Positions 26,237 to 32,000 of a stretch of DNA of 32,000 bases are shown one piece after another. How positions within the stretch are numbered: position 1 is the first letter of the stretch; the number at the start of each line of letters is the position of its first letter. Both the position numbers and the translations under genes were made by a program. The stretch covers positions 450,001 through 482,000 of the forward strand of contig NC_000917.1 in the NCBI RefSeq assembly GCF_000008665.1, written 5' to 3'. The stretch is from Archaeoglobus fulgidus DSM 4304 (GTDB taxonomy: Archaea > Halobacteriota > Archaeoglobi > Archaeoglobales > Archaeoglobaceae). The notes below the pieces were generated by a model. The model was not told the DNA's origin. It did not search any database and worked only from the letters and a program-made list of their open reading frames with translations.

Positions 26237-26680
26237 TCATTCTGACCCACTTCCCCCACTCTCCGGCCTCCTCAAATCCTGCGAGGCGTAGAACCTTCTC
26301 GCCCTGTAGTTTGTTCTGCCCACCCACAGTTCGGCAACTTTTCTGTTCCTTTCGAGAGCGTATTCCAAGGCCTTTTCCATTAGCTTTGCGCCAATCCCCT
26401 CCCCCCTAAATTCAGGAAGGACAAAAAGTTCGTGTATCTCCCCCACCTTTTTTCGCTCGAATATGCTGAACCAGTTCGTGTCGCACGCGACAAATCCAAC
26501 CGCCTCACCATCGATTTCAGCGACCATCACACCATCCTTGTCCCTGGAAAGCAACCACTTGAAGTAATTCTTTACGTCCCTTTTTCTCGTGTACGCATAA
26601 TCCTCAAGCCCCCTGTAGGATTCGACGTAAACCCTCACGAAGTCGTCGAGGTCGTCTTTGTCAGCCCTTCTTATCTCCAC
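26237..26680 (-). CDS. GNAT-family N-acetyltransferase
   Basis: 147-aa ORF with acetyl-CoA-binding motif A (HELFVLPEFRGEGIGAKLMEKA). Confidence 0.85.
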   Translation of the reverse strand: MEIRRADKDDLDDFVRVYVESYRGLEDYAYTRKRDVKNYFKWLLSRDKDGVMVAEIDGEAVGFVACDTNWFSIFERKKVGEIHELFVLPEFRGEGIGAKLMEKALEYALERNRKVAELWVGRTNYRARRFYASQDLRRPESGGSGSE

Positions 26681-26688
26681 GAATCAGG

Positions 26689-26710
26689 CTTATATACTGG
26701 GCTTTTAAGA
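26689..26710. promoter_or_regulatory. Back-to-back TATA candidates for the divergent GNAT (-) and M20 (+) genes
   Basis: CTTATATAC (26689-26697) lies about 27 nt upstream of ATG 26720. GCTTTTAAGA (26701-26710; TCTTAAAAGC on the minus strand) lies about 25 nt upstream of the minus-strand ATG 26680. Confidence 0.4.
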
Positions 26711-26719
26711 GCTACGATT

Positions 26720-27670
26720 ATGCTTTTGAAAAAGCTCGTCGAGATCGAGTCACCCACCGGAAGTGAGCATGAGATTAAAGACTTCGTGAGGGATTTTCTC
26801 GAAAGCAAAGGTTACAGCGTGGTAGAGGGACAGTACTTCATCTCCACCAAATCGAAATCAGAGCTGATAGTCTCAACGCATCTCGACACAACTCCTGTGA
26901 AGGCCCCCTTCAGCACGGATGGTGTTTACGCCTACGGAACCGGCGTGTGCGATGCGAAGGCGAGCGTAGCTGCGATTCTTGAGGCCGCAGAACGGGGTGT
27001 TGACTTCACCATTGCCTTCTTCTGCGATGAAGAAGAAGGAGGAAAGGGCTCGAAGGAGTTCGCCGAGAAGTGGAGTTACGGCAGTATGGCGGTTGTGATG
27101 GAGCCCACGGATCTTAAAATCGCTTCGAGGCATTACGGAAACCTCGACTTAACGGTCGAAGTTAAGGGTGTGCAAAGCCACGGCTCCTACCCTGAAATGG
27201 GTGTCAACGCCATAGAAAAGGCCTTTGAGATGATTAGCGAGCTTAAAAAGCATTTTAAGGTTACACCTCTCAAAATTGCGGGCGGGAGCGATGACTACGT
27301 CATCCCCGATTACTGCATGGTGAAGCTAGATGTTCTGATAGAGCCGGAAACTAAGCTGGAGGAAGCGCTAAAGGAAATCGAGTTTCTCAGTAACTACGGG
27401 AAATACGAGGTCTCCAATGCGTACGAAGGCTTCATCAGCAAGGAGGTCGCTGGGTTTCTGGAGCGGGCGATGAGGGCTGCGGGTCTTGAGGTTGAGCATA
27501 CCGTTATGCCATCGTGGACTGATGCCCTAAACCTGAAAGACAGGTACGATGTAGTGGTTTGGGGGCCGGGAGAGCTTCACCTCTGCCATACTGTAAGGGA
27601 GAGGGTCAGGCTTGCGGACGTTGAGAAGGCAAGGGATGTTCTGCTAAAGCTAAGCGAAATGTTTAAGTAA
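26720..27670 (+). CDS. M20-family metallo-deacylase (ArgE/DapE/LysK-like)
   Basis: The track ORF starts at 26432 but its first 96 codons are antisense to the GNAT gene. The family-typical N-terminus MLLKKLVEIESPTGSEHEI starts at ATG 26720. Metal ligand motifs are STHLDT, GVCDAK and CDEEEGG. Confidence 0.85.
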   Translation: MLLKKLVEIESPTGSEHEIKDFVRDFLESKGYSVVEGQYFISTKSKSELIVSTHLDTTPVKAPFSTDGVYAYGTGVCDAKASVAAILEAAERGVDFTIAFFCDEEEGGKGSKEFAEKWSYGSMAVVMEPTDLKIASRHYGNLDLTVEVKGVQSHGSYPEMGVNAIEKAFEMISELKKHFKVTPLKIAGGSDDYVIPDYCMVKLDVLIEPETKLEEALKEIEFLSNYGKYEVSNAYEGFISKEVAGFLERAMRAAGLEVEHTVMPSWTDALNLKDRYDVVVWGPGELHLCHTVRERVRLADVEKARDVLLKLSEMFK

Positions 27671-27690
27671 GTTTACGATGATGAACTGAC

Positions 27691-28143
27691 ATGTCTGACA
27701 ATGCCAAGACATCCGCAACGGACATAGTCCAAAGAATAATATCGCTTTTAACAATAATTCTGCTTGCATATTTCCTTTTCAAGGAGGGACTGTTTTCAGT
27801 TGACCAGAGGCTCCTATCCCTCGCAACCATAGTGCTGCTTGCATCCTTCCTTTTCATAATTTTCCTGGTGCTTTTCAAATGGCCCCTTGGCAATCTGAAC
27901 AAAAAGGAAATAAGAAGAACTATAGCAATTGTAACCACCAGCTTTTACTTTGGAACGCTTTCGATGGTGCTCTCCGGAAAACTTGAGCTTACTGAAGAGG
28001 TTGGTGCACTTATTGACGGCTTGAAGTGGGCCTTCATGGTTGTAGTGGCATTTTACTTCGGTTCGAGGGCGGTGGAGGATGCTTTGAAATCTAAAAAATC
28101 TGCTGAAGAATGTCCCCAAAATACAGATGCAGAAGCAGGATGA
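27691..28143 (+). CDS. Hypothetical membrane protein (about 4 TM helices)
   Basis: 150-aa ORF with hydrophobic segments and an acidic C-terminal tail. No family was recognised. Confidence 0.5.
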   Translation: MSDNAKTSATDIVQRIISLLTIILLAYFLFKEGLFSVDQRLLSLATIVLLASFLFIIFLVLFKWPLGNLNKKEIRRTIAIVTTSFYFGTLSMVLSGKLELTEEVGALIDGLKWAFMVVVAFYFGSRAVEDALKSKKSAEECPQNTDAEAG

Positions 28144-28768
28144 TTACCGGATGTTGAATCACGTAAATTTTCAGGGAGTTTTTGCCCAGGAAAGAAACAA
28201 CCGGAACGTTAAGGTTAGCACCCTTTGGCCTGGCTACATTTCCGAAAAACATTCCTAGGAGGAAAACCCCGAACCAGGGCAGTAAGGGATAGTAATCAAG
28301 GGTGGTGAAGCCGTAAGGCATTAGTCCGAGCCACACAAGCATATTCGTTCCCACTCTTATCTGGTTGAGAGCTATTCCTGCAAAGAAAAGCGCTATTCCC
28401 GCGGGAAGCTGAATTTTTGGAAATCTCAGAAACAGGTAGCCGAGAAGTGTGGCAAGAGTGAAGAAGTGTATTATCCCGAAAACAACAGTTTTTTCCGGGA
28501 CGAACACCAAGGTAACTGCTGTAATCGCCAAAGAGAGGGCGGCAAGCTTTAAAACCTTCCTCTTCAGCCTGCTAAAATCAGGTTTGACTACGGACAGAGT
28601 ATATCCTGAGATGAAAATAAACATTCCGCCGATGAATCTCGGAAAGTAGTACCAGAAATCCCCCGAAAGCTCTATTTTGCCGAAGTAATGCGCGTCGAAA
28701 AAAGAGTGAAAGAGGAGCATTAAGATTACTGCCGCTCCTCTGGCGATATCTATTTCTGGATACCTCAT
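28091..28768 (-). CDS. DUF1624 / heparan-alpha-glucosaminide N-acetyltransferase-like membrane protein
   Basis: The N-terminus RYPEIDIARGAAVILMLLFHSF is the characteristic DUF1624 opening. The protein is polytopic. An ATGA overlap couples it to the upstream PAC2 gene. Confidence 0.7.
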   Translation of the reverse strand: MRYPEIDIARGAAVILMLLFHSFFDAHYFGKIELSGDFWYYFPRFIGGMFIFISGYTLSVVKPDFSRLKRKVLKLAALSLAITAVTLVFVPEKTVVFGIIHFFTLATLLGYLFLRFPKIQLPAGIALFFAGIALNQIRVGTNMLVWLGLMPYGFTTLDYYPLLPWFGVFLLGMFFGNVARPKGANLNVPVVSFLGKNSLKIYVIQHPVIILLLHLYFGDILQQIF

Positions 28769-29544
28769 CTAAAGTATCTCAAATCTTCGTCGCTCTTCCA
28801 CTGCTGAACAGCCATCTCCTGCATCTCTTTGATTTGGGCGATTATTTTTTCCATCTCCTTGGCCCTTTCCTCAAGGGCCTCAACGGAGACTTCAAGACTC
28901 AGCATTTTGCACAGCACGTCGAGAACGACCTTCGCGCTCTTCGGATCGACCATGTAGCCTGATGTAACACCCATGAGACATGCAGCGGGAATCCCTTCGA
29001 GCTCCGACACTCCGAGCAAAAGACCCGATGCGCCTATTATTCCCCCTCCCGGTTCTCCGGGCTCGAACTTCACCCCGTAGCTCTTAAGCTCCTCCACAAT
29101 TTCAGGAGAGTTTGCAGCCCCAATCACGTACGGCTCCTCAACGAGCTTTCCCACGCCGTATCCTCCAAGCGTGTAAATCATTCTCGCCGAGAATTTCTTG
29201 GCAACATCAATGTATGCGTTGACGAGCTCGAAGTGCCCCTCGTTGCTTATGCTCTGGAAGTCCCCAACGAGTATCAACAAATCCGTACCGTTACCGTCTG
29301 ATTTCCAGGCGTAAACCTCATTCTTGGGCATCCTTATTGTCCCATCCTCAAGAACCATCACCTGCGGTGGGAAGTAGTGGGAGTAAATCTCAACCACCTT
29401 CTCAGCCTTCAACTCGTTAACCAAGTGATCAGCAACGAGCTTGCCTACGTGCCCAATGCCGGGAAGCCCCTCTATGAAGACGGGGTTTTCAAGCCCCACC
29501 TCCTCCGGGGATTTCAAAAATCTTACATCAACCTTTTCTAACAT
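28765..29544 (-). CDS. PAC2-family protein (proteasome assembly chaperone / PbaA-B-like)
   Basis: 259-aa ORF carrying IEGLPGIGHVGKLVADHLV, typical of archaeal PAC2/COG1938 proteins. It occupies the conserved position downstream of eif2a-nop10. Confidence 0.8.
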   Translation of the reverse strand: MLEKVDVRFLKSPEEVGLENPVFIEGLPGIGHVGKLVADHLVNELKAEKVVEIYSHYFPPQVMVLEDGTIRMPKNEVYAWKSDGNGTDLLILVGDFQSISNEGHFELVNAYIDVAKKFSARMIYTLGGYGVGKLVEEPYVIGAANSPEIVEELKSYGVKFEPGEPGGGIIGASGLLLGVSELEGIPAACLMGVTSGYMVDPKSAKVVLDVLCKMLSLEVSVEALEERAKEMEKIIAQIKEMQEMAVQQWKSDEDLRYFR

Positions 29545-29548
29545 TCAT

Positions 29549-29728
29549 TCACCTCCGAAAGCTGAAAAATCCAATTTCCTTCCTCAACTTTCTCCTGTAC
29601 TTACCGTAAGGGTCTTCAATCGAAAATCTCGGTGGGATTGGCATGTGAGTCCTCTCACCGCACACAGGACATCTCTCCTTCAGCGTGTACCTTCCGCATT
29701 TTCCGCACTTTCGCATCAAAACCTTCAT
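29549..29728 (-). CDS. nop10: H/ACA RNP subunit Nop10 (59 aa; not in the supplied ORF track)
   Basis: My own translation is MKVLMRKCGKCGRYTLKERCPVCGERTHMPIPPRFSIEDPYGKYRRKLRKEIGFFSFRR. It has the Nop10 zinc ribbon (CxxC...CxxC) and the PPRFS.eD.YgkYRR motif. The start overlaps the aIF2-alpha stop (ATGA); an alternative ATG lies at 29716. Confidence 0.88.
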   Translation of the reverse strand: MKVLMRKCGKCGRYTLKERCPVCGERTHMPIPPRFSIEDPYGKYRRKLRKEIGFFSFRR

Positions 29729-30528
29729 GCCGCTTCCCTGATGAAGTTGCCCTCTCCACCAAGCTTTTTGATCGCTTTCAGTACATTTTCTGTGGCCTTC
29801 TTCAAAACGTTTTCGGCGGTTTTGTAATCATCCGCCTCTACGACGATTCTGTACTTGGGTGCGCCGACGTACTCAAGCTTCATCTCCACACCATTTACCA
29901 GAGCCTTTTTGGCCTCAAGAAGGGCCTTTTTTATCCTCTCGATTCCGTCAGAAGCGCTGCTCTTAAGCTCGAAGTACCCTCTAACCTTAACCCTTTTGGG
30001 CTTTATGTTCTCCCTGGCTATCTCCGCCATCTCCTTGGCAAACTCTTCCCCTACAATGGGAGCGAGAACCTCATATCCCTCAAAAGCAGCCTCCTCGAAG
30101 GCGGAGTAAACGGAATCGTACTCCTTCATGAGTTTCTTCCCGATTTTCTCAAGCTCCTTGAAATCGATATTCAGCTTTTCGCCGATTATTTCGAGCCACT
30201 TGAATGCCTTCATCTCGTTCTTCCACTGCTGAAGCTTCTCCCTTCTCTGCCTCTCGTTGACGTCCTTTATCGAGAGGTCAATGTGCCCTCTTTTCGGATT
30301 TACATCGAGTACCTTGCATATTACCTTCTGTCCTTTTTTGACGTGCTCCCTGATGTCCTTAATCCAACCTGACGCGACCTCGCTAATGTGAACCATCCCT
30401 TCTCTGCCCTCGTACTCATCAAGGGAAACAAAGGCTCCAAAATCGAGCACCCTCTTAACCGTTCCTATGACAATCTCGCCCTTAGAAGGATAACCACTTC
30501 TCTTTATGATTAGCCTCTTTTCTTTCAT
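29725..30528 (-). CDS. eif2a: Translation initiation factor aIF2 alpha subunit
   Basis: 267-aa ORF with an N-terminal S1 domain (GEIVIGTVKRVLDFGAFVSLDEYEGREGMVHISEVA), a helical domain and a C-terminal alpha/beta domain. Confidence 0.95.
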   Translation of the reverse strand: MKEKRLIIKRSGYPSKGEIVIGTVKRVLDFGAFVSLDEYEGREGMVHISEVASGWIKDIREHVKKGQKVICKVLDVNPKRGHIDLSIKDVNERQRREKLQQWKNEMKAFKWLEIIGEKLNIDFKELEKIGKKLMKEYDSVYSAFEEAAFEGYEVLAPIVGEEFAKEMAEIARENIKPKRVKVRGYFELKSSASDGIERIKKALLEAKKALVNGVEMKLEYVGAPKYRIVVEADDYKTAENVLKKATENVLKAIKKLGGEGNFIREAA

Positions 30529-30564
30529 CCTTCTCCCTTCCTATTTCAGTGAATTTAAATATTG

Positions 30565-31263
30565 TTACCACGGCAGTTCGGAGGCATTAAAAACCGGCCC
30601 ATCAGCGCAAACTCTCAGACCATTCTCTATCACGCAAGAGCCACAAACACCAATGCCGCACCTCATGTACCTTTCAAGCGAGAACTCAGCCTTGTCAAGT
30701 GCATCCCTCTCCTTCAAAAAGTCGTATGTTGCTCTCAGCATCCCCTCGCTTCCGCAAACGTAGATTTTTTCGTATTCATCGAGCTTTTCAAGCTTTAGGG
30801 CATCTAAAACGGTTCCCTTTAAACCAAAACTTCCGTCCTCGGTTGTAACCGTGATTCTGTCAAATTTATCAAGCCAAAATAAGTTTTTGGCGGTTCTCTC
30901 GCCATAAACAACACTCACTTTTGAGCCGCATTTCATCAGGTACTCGTAAAGATACTTCATTGGTGCAATTCCAATACCCCCCGCAACGATAAGGGCGCGC
31001 TTTGATGGCGTGAAGGCGCTGCCGAACGCACCCCTTACACCGACATACTGCCCCTCTTTTGCATTAATCAGACTTGCGGTGGTCTCGCCAACGGCCTTCA
31101 CCGTTACCGAATTTGAGGAGGATAGGCTGAGTGGTATTTCCTCACAACCCGGAACGTAAACCATTACGAACTGACCGGGGTAAGACCGCAGGCTGATACT
31201 GAAGTACAGTGTAGCCACCTCGTCAGTTAATCGCTCAATTTGCGTGATTCTTGTATAGTACAT
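30565..31263 (-). CDS. PyrK-like FAD/NAD(P)-binding electron-transfer subunit with C-terminal [2Fe-2S] motif
   Basis: It has a ferredoxin-reductase-type fold (YPGQFVMVYVPG, AGGIGIAP) and the C-terminal motif CGIGVCGSCV...VCADGPVF, typical of the dihydroorotate dehydrogenase B electron-transfer subunit and relatives. No pyrD lies adjacent. Confidence 0.75.
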   Translation of the reverse strand: MYYTRITQIERLTDEVATLYFSISLRSYPGQFVMVYVPGCEEIPLSLSSSNSVTVKAVGETTASLINAKEGQYVGVRGAFGSAFTPSKRALIVAGGIGIAPMKYLYEYLMKCGSKVSVVYGERTAKNLFWLDKFDRITVTTEDGSFGLKGTVLDALKLEKLDEYEKIYVCGSEGMLRATYDFLKERDALDKAEFSLERYMRCGIGVCGSCVIENGLRVCADGPVFNASELPW

Positions 31264-31283
31264 GCCCCCGCCTCGACAGCAAC

Positions 31284-31292
31284 ATTTATAAA
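31284..31292 (-). promoter_or_regulatory. TATA-box candidate for the pyrK-like gene (leaderless)
   Basis: The minus strand reads CTTTATAAAT, centred about 25 nt upstream of ATG 31263. Confidence 0.4.
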
Positions 31293-31308
31293 GATATTCG
31301 GAAAATCT

Positions 31309-31349
31309 TAAACAGTTAATTGTTTAGTTTGATTGCAACTAAGTTGCAA
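31309..31349. repeat. Two adjacent palindromes in the divergent pyrK-like/wHTH intergenic region (candidate operator sites)
   Basis: TAAACAGTTAATTGTTTA (31309-31326) pairs at 8 of 9 positions. TTGCAAC-TAA-GTTGCAA (31333-31349) has perfect 7-nt arms. Confidence 0.45.
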
Positions 31350-31414
31350 TGCTTTTACCATAATATGAAATTGTACCAAAGGTTTGTACTCATAACTGGT
31401 AACTTTTTGGAAAA

Positions 31415-31424
31415 GCTTAAATAC
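31415..31424 (+). promoter_or_regulatory. TATA-box candidate for the small wHTH gene
   Basis: GCTTAAATAC is centred 24-27 nt upstream of the ATGATGATG start cluster at 31444. Confidence 0.4.
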
Positions 31425-31443
31425 AAGTGCATCTTAATAGCAC

Positions 31444-31668
31444 ATGATGATGACCGACCTACCCGAAAACATACGCAAAACTGCTGTGGCTCTGCTTAGG
31501 CTTGGGGAGGCAACTGCTGAGGACATAGCCAAAATTACCGGGCGTAAAAGGTCCACGGAAAGCTACTACCTGAACCTGATGGCTGACTTGAAGCTTGTCA
31601 AGAAAAAGAAGGTTGGTCGAAAAATCTACTTCATCTTCAACTCTCGCGACCAAGAAAAAAGGCAATAG
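31444..31668 (+). CDS. Small winged-helix DNA-binding protein (74 aa, putative transcription regulator)
   Basis: AVALLRLGEATAEDIAKITGRKRSTESYYLNLMADLKLVKKKKVGRKIYF has an HTH plus beta-wing layout of ArsR/MarR-like minimal wHTH proteins. Confidence 0.6.
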   Translation: MMMTDLPENIRKTAVALLRLGEATAEDIAKITGRKRSTESYYLNLMADLKLVKKKKVGRKIYFIFNSRDQEKRQ

Positions 31669-31672
31669 TCCG

Positions 31673-31693
31673 TTTTTTGAAGGGTCACTTTTT
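31673..31693 (+). terminator. Oligo-T terminator candidate after the wHTH gene
   Basis: A T6 run (31673-31678) and a T5 run (31689-31693) lie within 25 nt of the stop. Confidence 0.4.
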
Positions 31694-32000
31694 CAGGTTG
31701 TTGGTTGTAGTTATGCTGATTTGATTATTATTGCAGTTTAATTTATAAGTTATTTAATTCTTTAATATACCATAAAAATAATTTTTTTATTAAATTTTGT
31801 GATATTATAATAGGCTTTAAAAAATAAAAAAATCCACCGATATTTTAGCAATATAATTATACATCTTGTCTAAAATTATGTTACACAATTTTTGTAACAA
31901 AAATTTTTAGGATTTCCTAAAACATAAAGAAAGAGTAACTCAGTTGTTTCAAAAATTATGTGAATAAGGGAATTCGGATGTGTTTAATGGGGGGTAACTG
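31694..32000. other. Strongly AT-rich non-coding tract running to the window edge
   Basis: By eye GC is roughly 20 percent, against mid-range GC elsewhere. There is no ORF of 60 aa or more. It has A/T homopolymer runs and the inverted repeat GTTACA-N7-TGTAAC at 31880-31898. Confidence 0.6.

Noticed and set aside
26432-26719. N-terminal 96-codon extension of the M20 deacylase ORF
   Set aside because: The extension is antisense to the GNAT gene and has no M20 similarity. The family-typical N-terminus and a correctly spaced TATA box support ATG 26720.
27676-27700. C-box-like ATGATGA followed by CTGA motifs (possible C/D box sRNA); similar TGATGA...CTGA pair at 2247-2340
   Set aside because: The spacing is wrong: under 20 nt in the first case and ~95 nt in the second. 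No C'/D' pair or terminal stem is present, and both overlap coding starts. They are most likely chance matches.
29632-30372. 246-aa plus-strand ORF opposite nop10 and eif2a
   Set aside because: The minus strand encodes two highly conserved proteins (the aIF2-alpha S1 domain and the Nop10 zinc ribbon), so this is a shadow ORF.
1-32000. Search for CRISPR arrays, transposases/integrases, IS terminal repeats, toxin-antitoxin or known defence-gene signatures
   Set aside because: No regularly spaced direct repeats were found, nor any transposase-, integrase-, Cas- or nuclease/helicase-type defence ORFs. Gene content is housekeeping, so I do not claim a mobile element or defence island.

Overview
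The window reads as densely coding core chromosome of an Archaeoglobus-type sulfate-reducing euryarchaeon. Protein sequences such as PolB, the exosome subunits and the Hme complex look like A. fulgidus, judged from memory only with no search run.

Content in order:
- Exosome operon rrp4(partial)-rrp41-rrp42.
- A Yip1-like membrane protein.
- Family-B DNA polymerase.
- An acyl-CoA dehydrogenase.
- The five-gene Hme (DsrOPMKJ-type) menaquinol-oxidising complex.
- A divergent MBL-fold/PHP-domain hydrolase pair.
- A GlcD-like FAD oxidase plus GlpC/GlcF-like CCG iron-sulfur subunit.
- pdxS-pdxT, an EamA transporter, ribosomal protein S6e and a SAM methyltransferase.
- A small cluster of poorly characterised genes: an orphan, an alpha/beta hydrolase and a thioredoxin-fold/HEAT fusion.
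- MCM helicase, a KaiC/RecA-like protein with degenerate Walker motifs, Cgi121, and archaeal GHMP-type shikimate kinase.
- GNAT, an M20 deacylase and two membrane proteins.
- A minus-strand operon pyrK-like / aIF2-alpha / nop10 / PAC2 / DUF1624.
- A small wHTH protein, then a very AT-rich non-coding stretch at the window edge.

I found no CRISPR array, tRNA/rRNA, transposase or integrase, and no convincing novel multi-gene system.

The points most worth a second look are:
- Three, possibly four, genes are interrupted by what looks like a single missing nucleotide each: MCM, the GlcD-like oxidase, the Yip1-like protein and perhaps a small membrane ORF.
- nop10 is a 59-codon gene missing from the ORF track.
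- A catalytically dead-looking KaiC-like gene is translationally coupled to cgi121 just downstream of mcm.
- Palindromic candidate operators lie at 5347-5378 and 31309-31349.
- AT-rich non-coding islands lie at 1733-2208, 7265-7649 and 31694-32000.
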